Shown here one piece after another: positions 24,553-38,966 of a DNA stretch of 64,000 nt (position 1 is the stretch's first letter; each line of letters begins with the position of its first letter). Where the stretch lies: NCBI RefSeq assembly GCF_002113885.1, contig NW_018405745.1:437513-501512 (forward strand). Direction: 5' to 3'. The position numbers and the translations under genes were made by a program. The DNA comes from Mizuhopecten yessoensis. Its lineage: Eukaryota. The notes under the pieces were generated by a model. The model did no database searches, was not told the DNA's origin, and saw only the letters and a list, made by a program, of their open reading frames with translations.

Positions 24553-25644
24553 TTAGCTTACCTGGCACGAAGTGCCTAGTGAGCTTATGCTGTGGCGCGG
24601 CGACCTGAGTCCGTCCGGCTGTCCGTCTGGCTTCAATATTTTACTTTAAACGACTTCTTCTTAATAACCGAAAGGCCTAGGGTAATGATATTTGGCCAAA
24701 AGCAAGCTGAGATGAAGGGCTACAAAGTTTGTTCAAATGAATGACCTTCACCCATATTCAAGGTCACAGGGGTCAAATATGTTAAAAACTTTAAACAACT
24801 TCTTGTCAATAACCAAAATGCCCAGGGTAATGATATTTGGCCAGTAGCATGTTTAGATAAAGTGCTACCAAGTGTGTTCAAATAAATGACCGTCATCCAT
24901 ATTCAAGGTCACAGGGGTCAAATATGTTAAAAACTTTAAATAACTTCTTCTGAATAACCAAAATGCCCAGGGTAATGATATTTGGCCAGTAGCATGCTTA
25001 GATAAAGGGCTACAAAAAGTTTGTTCAAATAAATGACCTTCACCCATATTCAAGGTCACAGGGGTCAAATATGTTAAATTTTTTAAACAACTTCTTCTGA
25101 ATAACCAAAATGCACAGGGTGATGATATTTGGCCAGCAGCATGCTGAGATGAAGGGCTACAAAGTTTGTTCAAATAAATGACCTTCACCCATGTTCAAGG
25201 TCACAGGTGTCAAATATGTTAAAAACTTTTAACAACTTCTTCTGAATAACCAAAATGCCCAGGGTGATGATATTTAGTCAGTAGCATATCAAGGGCTACC
25301 AAGTTTGTTTAAATGGATGACTTTGAATCATATCAAGGTCACAAGGAGCAAATATGTTTAAAATCTTTAAACAACCTCTTCTGAATAACCATGGGTCCCA
25401 GGATGTTGATACTTTGCAAGTTGCATCCTGAGATGAAAGGCTATAAAATGTGTTCAACATAATGACTTTGTTCGACTTTCAATCACAGGGATGAAATGTT
25501 AAAAAAAAAATAACAGGTTCTTTTGAATAAATTTAAATCATAAATACCGATATTTTGCCTGTAGCTTTATTTTAGATCACCTTTAAGGTTACAAGTGTGA
25601 GATTTATACCAGGTGAGCAATGCAGGCCCATTGGGCCTCTTGTT
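24553..25644 (+). mobile_element. HINE-like element with ~6 internal ~147-bp repeats
   Basis: 5' TTAGCTTACCTGGCAC-GAA-GTGCC, GTCC microsatellite, tandem units (GATATTTGGCCAGTAGCATG..TTCAAGGTCACAGGGGTCAAATATG), 3' CAGGTGAGC..AGGCCCATTGGGCCTCTTGTT. Confidence 0.85.
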
Positions 25645-28600
25645 TTAATTTTGTTTTAATGAGTAAATGCCCTTTACACGGACCGCAATGTCCATATTTT
25701 GTACCATAGTCTTTGAAGCTACAGGGACCAGTTTTATTTTTAAAGTTTGTCTTTGTGAAACAGATATAGTTTTCACAAAATTATTTTCACATAGTAGACC
25801 CTAACAACTACCATCATGTGCACCCAATGTTTTTTTTATTAGTTTTACCATAAAATACAAGGACAAACTTACTATGAAATTAGTTGCCGAAGTCCAAGTA
25901 AACAATTATTGGAAAATGGCCAAAATGATCCCTTTCACTCTACTTTTTGAAATCATTGACCAAATAAATGCTGTGAAACAAAATAGCTTGCCGTTACCAT
26001 CTATACAATCAAATAATCAAACTCTAGTAAACAAAATGCAAGGAATCATGTCTATGCATTGTGGTGAATGTGGTACATGGGTCTGCTCTGCTATGAAGTC
26101 ATTTAATACACAAACTTCTACAAACTTGAAAGTTCAATGTTTATCAAATTAAACAAATGAGACAGTTTTGCATTTTTGTACACATGAAGGAACAAACAAA
26201 ATGTAAGACTGATCTGTTGTCTGAAGATTAGAGCATGTGCATCTTCAAGGAGATGAAATGAAATGAAATCTGGAAAACAAGGTAGAGTCCATTCCTTATT
26301 TCCATGTTTTTTTTAATTGTTGCTAAATTAAGGAGTTTATTACAACAGTTGATGTCACATGTGGTCAATAAAAATGATAACAGGTTTGATAACATTTCAA
26401 AAGGTGACTTTATTTTCTATATATCTTTTGAATAGCAAACATCAGCTTAACATGCATGTCTTGACAATGCAACATTTCTCATTCAAAAATCACTTGGTTC
26501 TCTCTCTATCTCTCTCTCTGTCTGTCTCTTTCAATACATATAGACAATACCAGGGAAACACTGGAAGATTTAACAAACAATACAGCACACAAGGAATAAT
26601 TAGTCAACATGGGTTCAGAATAAAAACATCTTTTTTTAATTGTAACACTTGATGTAGATAATATTAATTGCTACCCCATGATGTATCAGTTTCTACATGT
26701 ATTTGACCTTGTAAAAAGAATTCTTGATGTTGCAGTATATACATAGCCCAATCTACATGAGTCTTGATGTAGCAGTATCTTAGGGAATTCTGATGGAACA
26801 GGATCTATATGAACCCGAACCTAAGGAAACACTGATGTAGCAGTATCTACCGGTATATACCCTAACCTTTGACATTGGTACTTTCATTTTTAAAATTTTA
26901 GCACTAAATGCGATGTCAAACACTTCTATTATACCAGACAAGTTTCTGTTTTTGTAAACTGTAATTCAATATTTCAAAGGATTTTATAGAATTATTTTAA
27001 CAACGACAACAAGTACATGTAGTCTAAATACTTTAGAGGATTTAACAATACTAACAATCAACTAACAAGTGTACTCAGTGTATCTAAGATTAAACATAGA
27101 TAGTAAGATACTGGGTTTTAGTGTAAGAGTTTGTGTCATCTTATTTAATCGTAGGGGAGACAACACAATACATTATGTACAAATTGCACAATAGTGGGTC
27201 ATGGGACAATCTATCTAAATTAATTTCAAACCTCAAAATGGAATTCATAACAATAAAATATAAGATAGTAGCACTCCTATAATGTACAATTAAGTGTCCA
27301 CATCAAGCAAAGGATGAACTCACTAAAACACCTGACAGTGAAATACACCTTTTATAATCATACACATTTTTTTTTTTTAAATAAATGTATTGTTTTCATC
27401 AATGTTTATGTACACATTTTATACAATGTATAAGTATCTTTAACATACAGTTAAAAAGTGATCATTCTATTCAAACAGTTGAAAGGACTTAATGCCTGAA
27501 TAATTTCAACCTATATCAAGATCTAAACCCAAGTGACAATTACAATTTATTGCACTTTTTTTGTCAACTCATACATTTCTAGGTTAAACAGTAGACTTGT
27601 CACTTATGGAGCCAAAGCTAAGATACACTAAATAGAACACTGTACACTAACTAGTGAGGCACTAAATGAGAAAGCAACTGTTGGTTCAAATGTCTAAGCA
27701 AGTTTACCATCCAACCTTATTGTAATGAAAACCTACTTTATAATATGATTAAGCACTCACTTACCAGGTAGTGACTGCATTTACAAGTATCATATGTTCA
27801 GTGTTAAATCTATCTATAAAATGCATAGATAAAGTGATTTTACATTTGGTGGTAGGTAAAATGTAGAGCTTTCCAATCAAAATGAAAACTGCTACGAGTA
27901 TAAGGTGAACACTGAAATACTGATAGGTATGTTTACAGTATTGCTGGGACCACATAACAATCTGATTGACCTTTTAAATGTGCCAGGTTAAATCGCAAAA
28001 CATTTCGAAATAAATACTGAATTAATACTTGTTTTGTTTTGTAATAACGAGGTCCAACTGCAAAATGAGTGTCCATCACAATCCCAAAACATTAAAATAG
28101 ATCAAAGTAGAAGGTTCAGTTTAAATACATGTGGAAGTAGTTTAGTACTGTACCTGATAACAAACATCAGATCAAAATTAAAAACACATCAAAACCCCAG
28201 GAGTCTGATCTACACAGAAATTCCTCCAGGGAACCATTGTTACTCAATTAAAATAAAATAATCCTGAATATAAAAATCAACTTCCTGGCAAACGCAAACT
28301 GTATGCTGAACATGTTTAAATGGAGTGCATTGCAGGTGTAGTGTGGTTGGGAAGAAAAGGATGGTTTAATGAGAAAATATTATCACACCTGTACATTATT
28401 TACAACAGTAACATCATTAAGACATAAAACATCAAGAAGAAAATATAAATTAATAAATTTAGATATTCAATTATTAACCTTTTATTTACACAAAAAATAT
28501 GTTATTCTTCTAGTTTGAATGGACGGAATAATTCTGTGTTAAGAATTATTAAGTTTTTAGAGTTAACTTACAGTACTATTATGTACATGTAGGAAAACTA

Positions 28601-30351
28601 AAGATGCAGTTCAAATTTTGCATAAACAACACATTCTAGTAAAGACACATTTTTTTTCTCCAGAAATACTCTCAACACCTTCACATCTTAAAATATTCCA
28701 GCATAGAAAAACAGTTCTTTAAATCCTTTCAACATCTTTGTAACTCAAAATATTCCAGCATAGACAAATTTCATTTAAAACTGTCTTCAACATATCACAA
28801 CACATTCCAACACAGACACATTTCTTTTTCTTCTTCAAAATATTCATAACAACACGTGCACATTCCTGCATAAACACTTTTCTTTAAATTATTTTCTCAT
28901 TTCTCATCTTCATAACATGATGATCAGTAACTTCAATCAAGGTACATAATAATATTTCTCCCTGACAAAATCATAAATGTTAAACATGATTTAATTTGAA
29001 CAGATCTGCTTGTACAAACAAAAATTAACTATGTAGGATGAACTTAAGGGTTGTCCAGATAATACAATGCCTTACTATTCATTAATTATCTATGGACCAA
29101 GTGTCAGTCAGTTTCTCTGACTTCTATTTTTAAAACATCACAGCTAATCTAGTGAATCAATAATATATATTAATAACAGTGTTGGTTTCACACGAGCCAG
29201 CAAATCAGCTAGATTAAAATGCTTAAGTAAAACAAAAATCTGCAATAATTAACAAATAATAATGCTGAAAATCACAATAATCATAAATGCTAAACTACTT
29301 CAGTAAATAGAAACTTCTGGATATTATCTTAAACCAAAAAAGAGGATTTTGGATCTATTGGCTGTTTTTATTTGTTATCCGAGTAAATGGATGCAATTTT
29401 CTTTTTCCAACCCTAGGAGTTTTACAACAACAATGTTTGGTACTTGTAGAGGGGAATGTAAGTGCATTTTTCAATTTTGGTTAAAATTGATCTAGAGCTT
29501 CATACCGAATTGGATTCAAAAAATGTCAAACATATACAATACATATATATTAGCCTATAGCAGCTATTCAAATGCCCCACATGAGTCTCACACCTCTGCT
29601 TTAGGTAGGGCAGGGATGGGGGACAAAGTCTAAGCCCCCAGTTATACAACACCAATTTCCTGGTTTCGGAATGCTTCATACAAACTTTAATAGGTGCCCT
29701 GCCTCTCAGTCCACAGCAGGCCTACATTTCATTTAGTCCAGTGGTTCTAACCTAATAGTCTTTTAAAGTTGAAATTGATGATGAATGCTGTAAACTAAAA
29801 TGACTCTCACAAGTTATAGGGAACTGTTGTTGAGTGATCTGATATAACAGAAAAAGTCAATAATGAACACCAGATGCTTCTGTTTTCTATTCCAGACACT
29901 AACCATAAGGACAGCATTGTTTAAGTATTTTCATGGTCCCATAATTCCATGATGTAAAACATACTGAAATACTGGTATACAACTTCAGAATCTATTTGAG
30001 GCCATGCCTTCATATTTCTAAAGCAGATCTTTCCAAGTCTGAGGACAAATGAAATGAATAAATTATAACACTTCTTACAGATCTAATAAACAGCAGAAAA
30101 CATAGTATAGTGATCTGGAATGCTAACAAAGCCCTCATTTTTTTTTTATTAACCACCATAAAAAAAAAATGAAAGACAAGAAAAAATGTATAACTCTAAC
30201 AACTGATAATCCTTAGTCTGTGAATGACCTCCCTATACACAATCCATGAGGGTTAGATAACAACAGCAGGTCTACAGTATTATGCAAACATTTGATGCTT
30301 AGCAAATAAAACTATAACATAGTGCCAAACAAACTTATGATGGATTTCAGT

Positions 30352-30456
30352 CTACTTAATCAAAACATCTGATAGAACCGGACTAATGATACTTTTCTAC
30401 TCAATCAAAACATCTGATAGAACCAGACTAATGATACATTTCTGCTCAATTAAAAC
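30352..30456. repeat. 45-bp tandem repeat x~2.3
   Basis: TCTACT.AATCAAAACATCTGATAGAACC.GACTAATGATAC repeated. Confidence 0.7.
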
Positions 30457-31772
30457 AGATCAACAGAACTGAGCTTAACACATTGATGACAGAATCTACA
30501 ACATCACACAATTAACAATACCAGTTAATTAACTGAGGAACTATAATTGATTAGTTAACCTACAAATTACTTCATGTGTAGATCTACTGTACTCCTGTAC
30601 TGGACCAACTCAAATGTATTGAGTATTCTATGCATACTGATCAGTTTTACTTTTGACACACCAGTTAATTCTGCATTAAATATACTGATTATCTAATTTC
30701 AAAAGTTTACTTGCAAAATATTAAATGTGATTCTAGGAAAGTTTTATTACTTCATAAATGGCCTTATTAGCCTGGTTTGAATTTTTCATAAATAGGCATC
30801 ACAAAATGTTTAATCTCTTATAAAACTATCTATAACCTTTCATATCATATTTGTGTTTATTGTATCATTTCAATAATGTTTGATGGGAGTTTTGACACAT
30901 GATTTTATGAATGAACAAACACATATATAACAAAACCGAATCCACTTTGTCAATAAAGTAGATACTTATGTGGAATGTAGCGAGTTCAGACACGTGCTGA
31001 TATTAAAGTTACTTCCCTTGAACCTGTACAGAGAAGTGATAACTATACAATGATCTGATACGATGGATATCAAACATGCATACAATATCACTGTGTATTT
31101 ACTTTCAGTTTTTCGTGGCTGCAGCAGAAAATTACAAAAGAAAGTGATGTTTCATGTTATACTGGTGCTTTAGTTCCAGAAGAATGGATCTTAAATACTA
31201 ACTCCATTTATTATATAGTTCCACAAGGCCTTAAGTTTTAGATTGATCAAATGGAATCATTTTATTTAGCTACAAAAATGTATAAAGATTTCCAAATTTA
31301 AAATGTAAAGTTTCTAATTTTAAAGGATGAAAAATCCCATTTATTCCCAAGGCCTGAATTTCTTGAATAACCTGTACAGTTAAATAAAAAAATTGAATAA
31401 ACAAACCCAGAGAGATTTCATAATCTTGCCTTCTACTATTTCTCTGATCAAAACATTTCTCCAATTCATGCATTAAGATTGAGACCCGTGACTATTCAAC
31501 ATCAGCTTTCAACATAGTGTTCAGCTACGGGTTACGTGGTAATACAATTTTCACACTTCCGACAATGGCTAAGGAACATGAATTTGTCAATCATGTAGAT
31601 TGTTCACTAAAATTAACAACCGTTTAGAAGGACACATGATGCACATGTCAAATGGAAAGCGATAAATGTGATCGTTTCAAATGAGCAATATTGATCAAAT
31701 AAAAATGTAATACTGTTCCTTTGAATTTAATATGGTTTTGAATATGAGACGGATCATTTCTGGTGATGTATT

Positions 31773-34700
31773 TTACACAACTTGTTCCTGTTGTGGTTGC
31801 TGTGTTGGTTGCTGGGGTATCTCTTGTTGTTGTAACTGTGGTTGTTGGGCAACCATGGCTGGATGCTGTTGGAACTGTGTCTGGTTTGGAGGCTGCTGGA
31901 GGTGGGGGTGATGTGGATGCTGGGCCTGTGGCATGGTGGGTGTGGCCTGACTGTGGCGTTGGTGCATCTGCTGAGCCACTTCATTTACATAGGTAATGTC
32001 GGGCCGCTGTTCTGGCTTTGGGTTGATACAAATGGCAATCAGGTTCCTTAGCTAAAATAATAAAGGAAGTTTTATAAAACCTTCACTTCCCAGGGAACAC
32101 TTGGGCCAGTATATAATATGTCTGTGTCAATTTGTTGTTATACCTGTGAAGCCTAGCTTTCTAATAATGATTCACACAGGGCATGGGTATTTTTCTCTAA
32201 TTCCAACTACCAGAATAACCATGAAAATGCGTTTGGACTGGCTACCATTTTGAAAATATCAATTTTAGCATACTCTGTATTTGCAAACAGAGTTTGCAAA
32301 GAAAAAATAATCTCATCTTTCCAACGTGCACGGTTAATAATTTTAATTTTATCACGTTGGCTTTTACGCATTGCGGCATCGGTGTTTTTTTCGAATTCGT
32401 GATGTCACGCTGTTGTTGAGCCAATGTGATGTCACGTCACATGAAATGGAGTGTAAGATAGAAATTTTCTATACCCTTTTCTTACCATGCACAGCGCTAT
32501 CTTGCACACACGGAAATGAGAGAATATAATATACTTACCTCAAGCATGTTCAGTACATGGCCACAATAAATGTACAAATTAACTATTATATGTTCATCCG
32601 ATACAAACTTCCAAATAACAACTTGCTTGATTGTAGTGAAAATGTATGTTACAGTGAATACCAGTGTCTAATGGGATGCTGTAACATGAGGCATCAATCT
32701 CGAACAAATACTTGTTTATATCTACTTTGTGCAAAAGAAAGAAAAAAGAAAATCATAAAAAATCCTCCACTGAAAGAAATATAACAACCAATACAACACG
32801 AATCATCTATACTCACATCTTCTGAGTACCAATCGGCTGGCAAAGGTGGGTAATCACACTGGTCAATCTTTTTACAAAGAGAGTACAAGTTCATCTTGTC
32901 TCCATAGAAAGGGGACTGCAAAGCTGCCATCTAGTGAAGACACATTTTTAAGGTTGAGTTAAGCTAGACTTTTAAACATTTAGAGTACATTCGCGTATCC
33001 GGTTGAAACGGTTGAACCTGTAAAGAAAACGACAGGCACAGATCTGGACCAAGGCTGACCTCAGGAAAATTTTGAACGGGTAGATTGAGGCGTCCAGATG
33101 TACCTGACTGAAACTAAAATGCTGACTATTGCCAGTTTGCGTTATTTCTTTCTAAAACAATTCAACTTACATGTAGTTTTTAAGATACGTTATGTAATTC
33201 AGTGGACAGATGAAAGATGGTCATACTATTCTTGATACACTGTTTTTTATTCTCCGAAACTGTGCATTTATAGCTCTGCTTATAGAACGGTCCAAGTGCG
33301 TTCGTTTATCGTGGTTAATTTCTTAGCCACACGTACCGTTGACAGATTTAATAGCCGACAAGAGACTGAGTTGGCCTCCAATACTAACTGGGACCCTTAT
33401 TTTGTAAAATTATAGAATACTTAACCACTGCACAATTTTTATGACCGTAACATTTTTAAAAAAGCTATTTAAGTCTGAACCATTTTGAAAGTAGGTCAAG
33501 GTCAAAGATTTGAGATGACTTTGTAAGTACTTTACCTCAATTATCAACTGTTAGTACATTTGTAATTGCTTTTATTGGTTCAGATGGTAGTGGCAGGGGA
33601 TCAAAGAATCAAACCCTGGCCAACTTGGTAAGGTAAGAGTGCTATCCACGGCACAATCAGACCAACCAAATGCTGACCTTCAATCCCTGCCAATCCTCAT
33701 TACATCTTTTTAATCTCAACACAATACATAAGAAAAGAATATGCAATAACTCGTTCACTCACTTTAACTTGGAATAAGGTGAACCTGAAGTTTTAAGTTC
33801 TATTTGAACAAGTACACTGATTTATTTGATCCGTCAAATAATACTTACCTCATATAACAGACATCCTAAGGACCACATGTCTGACTTGAAGTTATAACCT
33901 GTCTCATGGATCCTTTCCGGAGACATATAATATGGGGTCCCAACTAGTAGCAAAAAAAAGAGTAAGTACAAATGTAGTATAGCGTCCCATAAAGTGATAA
34001 ATCTAATACAAGTGGTATATGGTTCCAACACAGGGGTTGGTTACAAATCTAATACAAGTAGTATAGGGTTCCAAAACAGGGGTTGGCTACAAATCTAATA
34101 CAAGTAGTATATAATTAGGGTTCCAACACAGGGGTTGGTTACAAATCTAATACAAGAAGTATAGGGTTCCAACACAAGGGTTGGTTATAAGTCTAATACA
34201 AGAAGTATAGGGTTCCAACACAGGGGTTGGTTACAAATCTAATACAAGTAGTATAGGGTTCCAACCCCTGTGTTGGAACCCTATACTACTTGTATTAGAT
34301 TTGTAACCAACTCCTGTGTTGGTTACAAATCTAATACAAGTAGTATAGGGTCCCAACACAGGGGTTGGTTACAAATCTAATACAAGTAGTATAGGGTCCC
34401 AACACAGGGGTTGGTTACAAATCTAATACAAGAAGTATAGGGTTCCAACACAGGGGTTGGTTACAAACCTAATACAAGTAGTATAGGGTTCCAACACATG
34501 GGTCCCTTACAAATCTAATACAAGTAGTATAGGGTTCCAACACATGGGTCCCTTACAAATCTAATACAAGTAGTATAGGGTTCCAACACATGGGTTGGTA
34601 ACAAATCTAATACAAGTAGTATATGGTTCCAACACAGGAGTTGGTTACAAATCTAATACAAGTAGTATAGGGTTCCAACACAGGGGTTGGTTACAAATCT

Positions 34701-37700
34701 AATATAAGTAGTAAAGGGTTCCAACACAGGGGTTGGTTACAAATCTAATATAAGCAGTATAGGGTTCCAACACAGGGGTTGGTTATAAATCTAATACAAG
34801 TAGTATAGGGTTCCAACCCATGGGTCCGTTACAAATCTAATACAAGTAGTATAGGGTTCTAACACAGGGGTTGGTTATAAATCTAATACAAGTAGGATAG
34901 GGTTCCAACACATGGGTCCCTTACAAATCTAATACAAGTAGTATAGGCTTCTAACACAGGGGTTGGTTATAAATCTAATACAAGTAGGATAGGGTTCCAA
35001 CACATGGGTCCCTTACAAATCTAATACAAGTAGTATAGGGTTCTAACACAGGGGTTGGTTATAAATCTAATACAAGTAGTATAGGGTTCCAACACATGGG
35101 TCCCTTACAAATCTAATACAAGTAGTATAGGGTTCCAACACAGGGGTTGTTTACAAATCTAATACAAGTAGTATAGGGTTCCGACACAGGGGTTGGTTAC
35201 AAATCTAATACAAGTAGTATAGGGTTCCAAACAAATCTAATACACATATGCTATATATACTCATATGGGTCACATTTGTAACAAACCTCTGTGGTTTCAA
35301 ATAGTGATAAAATGCATGTTGTAAGGGGTAATAGAAACAAGAGGCCCAATGGGCCTGCATTGCTCACCTGGTATTAATCTCACAGTTGTAATCTTAAAAT
35401 TGGACTTAAATACAGCTACAGGCAGAATATCAGTGTTTGATTCATTAGAACCTATTAAAAGATTTAAACATATGATGCCTGTGACCTGGAATGTCGAACA
35501 AGAACATTAGGTTGAAAGTGGGTCAAGGTCATTCATTTGAACAAACTTGGTCATCCTTCATCCTAGCATGCTTTAGGCCCAATATCAGTACCCTGGGCCT
35601 TTTGGTTATTGAGAAGAAGTTGTTTGAAGATTTTAAGACATTTGACCCCTGTGACCTTGAAAGTGGGTCAAGGTTATTCATTTGAACAAACATGGTAGTC
35701 CTTCATCCTAGCATGCTACAGGTCCAATATCAGTACCCTGGGCCTTTTGGTGATTGAAAATAAGTCGTTTAAAGATTTTACGACATTTGACCCCTGTGAC
35801 CTTGAAAGTGGGTCAAGGTTATTCATTTGAACAAACTTGGTAGTCTTTCATCCCAGCATGCTACAGGCCTAATTTCAGTATCCTGGGCCTTTTGGTTATT
35901 GAGATGTCGTTTNGGGGGGGGGAGATCAATGTCCAGATCGTTACAGAACCAATACATATATATGAGGAAGGTGGAGAAATGGAAATTGGAGTGAGTTGGG
36001 AGGGGGGAGGGGGGGCACATGTAGTATGACATGGGGACAGTAGGGGTCCAAATTACCAACAGAAACAACAAAGTATTGTACTAATCAACAAAATAACCAC
36101 ATAATTTAGGCTCATGCAACTTACCTAGGGAATGAGCAGCTGTGGTCTTTGAGCTGAAGAAACGACCTAATCCAAGGTCCCCAAGTTTTACTCTGCCCTG
36201 TGCTGTAATAAATACATTGGCTGGTTTTATGTCTGAAAAGGAATTTTTGAAAAATATTAATCAAAGTTTGAAAATAATGAAAGGAATATGAAATAGCAGA
36301 AAAATTGCTATCGCATCCATTTTTTGAAGTTCAAGTGCCATCACATTTTAACAAGTGTCATGGTTTATTCAATGTTGATTAAAATATTTCAATACTTTCA
36401 CCCATATCACCTGGAATATGAGCCCAGGCAATGTACCAGTATTTTAACAAAACTGAGAGCCCTTCATCATTCTGGCAAAGCTAGTATTTTTTTCAAAACC
36501 TGTTGTCTTTAAGGCAAGTGCTTTTCAAAAATTGTTCAAAAATGCTCATATATATTCATATACACATATACTTCATGGAAATATCCTTTATAATATCGAT
36601 AGTGTTTTTTTCTAATGAAATAAAGCTATTCTAACTGTCAACAGCATTTGTAATATTTCAGCTAGACATGAATACAGTAATACATTGTGTAGTCCGATTT
36701 TCATTGGTCAATAATATTATAAAGCTAACAGACCAATTTTCACCTGCCCAGGGCCCATCCTAGATACTCCAGGGGTTACGCTCACATTCGCTCTCTGTAC
36801 CTGTCATAGCAAAATTGAAAGCATGTAACTAGGTATTTGATTGGTCTCAGGTGAAAAAACCTGACCAATCGCTAAGGCTGATACCTGTCCTTTGAAGATT
36901 ACAGGAAGCAACACCCGATCTCAAAGCCAGTCAATCTTACCGAAAGATTCTTTTGATGTACATCAAAGGATCAAATTAGTCTTCTCGTTTCATCCACAAG
37001 GTGATGCTCATGGAGCCTTCGACTTTGCTATGATATATTCCAGGGGTGCAGAGAGCAAAAGTGAGTGTAACATCTGGAGTATCAAGGATGGCCTTGGCCA
37101 GGCCGGTGATTTTCTTATCGGATGTTACTCATTAATTCAGACTAGCCCTATTCCATTATTTTTACTTTAATGATTTATATTCCTTTTTCGTAAGCCGGTC
37201 ATAAACAAGGAACCATTTAAGTCCCATTAGGAATTTCACTAGCTTCAGACTAACAGGCTACAATTTGGGAGACCTGCAATGTCCATCTACCATGAAAGAT
37301 GGTTAATATGAATATTATGAAGTTGAGAGTTGGAAATCCTGTTTCTGACACAGCTGTCCCTACCTCTGTGCATGATTCGTCTGGAGTGCATGTGTTCCAG
37401 AGCTCCACATATCTGTATAAAATATTTCCATATCGTTTTCTCTGGTATCAATCTGTTCTGTTTTTTAAAATGCTGAAAAATACAGATTGTAGATTCATAA
37501 ACATTGTATGCAATACTTACCAGGTATTATTTGTAAATTGATATGTACAATCAACAATATTAATTCATGATTGACAAGTCTGTTATATAATTGCAGAATA
37601 AAGAATATTTCAACTACCTTGTACATGTAAATGGACATTAAATGTTTCACATTCTTTCAGGAAAAAGGGCCAAAACTCAGAAAATTGTTTACATTTCTAT

Positions 37701-38966
37701 TTAGTGAATCAGTTGGGATACAATCTTGCATGTACCCGTATGAAAACTTGTAGATAGAAACAAGTTTTTTCATACTAATCACACAATATACTGATCATGA
37801 TGACCTACCTTAATCATACGAGACAGATCCCCTGCATCTGCCAACTCTAGTACAATATTAAGCTCGTTATTTTCTATGAAAGACGACAGGTATTTTATCA
37901 CATTTGGATGGTTCAATTGCTGAAAAAGAAGTAAATGATATTAATCAAACATAAATAATAAACTAGGAAAACTGCAATGGTAAATCGTCAGTATACTATT
38001 ATTCTAAAAAACAATTTGACATATAAAAGCACTATTATCATACTTATAAGTTTATTCTGTCACTCAAATAAAACAAAGTGAGTGTTTATCATATCGCAGG
38101 TCTCGCAGTGTAGAGACACCAAAGCTATCTCAAATCAAAGCAGATTCAATTTTCAAATAATAGAAGAAAATGGTTACTACTATTTTGTTCCACACTATAA
38201 ATTATATATGCATGATTGTATTAAACATATACTATATACAAAAGAACGACATAGATATATGTATTATGACAAGTAAAATACTTACTTTCAGGAGGTCAAT
38301 CTCTTTTATACAATCTTGTCTTGCTTTTGCATCCATCATTTCAAATATCTGAAACAGAGAAAATGAACTATCATTTTTTTAGTGTATATGTGTGAAATTG
38401 TTTCAGTATATTTGTACATGCACTATATCTTTTAATCTAAATACTTGCTGAAATATCCCTCAAGATTAATAACTTGTTTTAGAAATATGACAGTTTACCT
38501 GAACCCCAAAAGTGGGACCAGGATGCCTGGTATACAGATTATTACCAATGTGTACATGTACACCACTTCTGAGGATAGATATCACTGGTAACACATCCAT
38601 ATGACTACGATAGAGCGAACTTGCATTTTGAGCAAGCACTAAATTAAATTCACAATGTGAGAAAAGATTCATCACTTCACATTTCGGCCCTATATTCAAT
38701 CTGATGATGTCATAAGAAAAACAAATTAGGCCTACCCTTTTGTACTTTTGACAAATGGATATATTAATATTGGGTGGGAGACCTACCTGAACTTTTTTCA
38801 AAGCTACAACGCTTCCATCAACCTTACATCGTGCTCTGTAAACCTCAGAAAATTGACCCTTGCCAATTTTTTTTTCAATCTCAAAGTTCCCTAGAGTGCC
38901 ATATACGCTGTCTCTCTGGTACACTGTGGCCTGTTGGAGGGTTTCGTCCTGATCCATAGGCTCCAT
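31773..38966 (-). CDS. NEK7: NIMA-related Ser/Thr kinase NEK6/NEK7 co-orthologue (352 aa, 8 coding exons)
   Basis: Coding exons 38966-38787, 38348-38286, 37919-37809, 37472-37364, 36232-36125, 33943-33849, 32930-32817, 32051-31773. Motifs [94 protein letters not shown]. An in-frame TAG lies just upstream of the ATG. Confidence 0.96.
33968..35243. repeat. 46-bp minisatellite (~27 copies) in NEK intron, one unit inverted
   Basis: Consensus ACAAATCTAATACAAGTAGTATAGGGTTCCAACACAGGGGTTGGTT; reverse-oriented unit at ~34266-34322. Confidence 0.95.
35336..35912 (-). mobile_element. HINE-like element (same family as 24553), truncated by the N at 35913
   Basis: AACAAGAGGCCCAATGGGCCTGCATTGCTCACCTGG is the reverse complement of the family 3' end; ~147-bp units follow. 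Confidence 0.85.
36756..37090. mobile_element. MITE family A copy (~45-bp TIRs)
   Basis: CATCCTAGATACTCCAGGGGTTACGCTCACATTCGCTCTCTGTACC versus GGTGCAGAGAGCAAAAGTGAGTGTAACATCTGGAGTATCAAGGATG. Confidence 0.75.

Noticed and set aside
26544-26652. Candidate PSMB7 last exon after a CT tract (phase-compatible, RQYQGNTGRFNKQ..)
   Set aside because: No GTTAVL or acidic MDT-like similarity; the pyrimidine tract is a CT microsatellite in the probable NEK 3'UTR.
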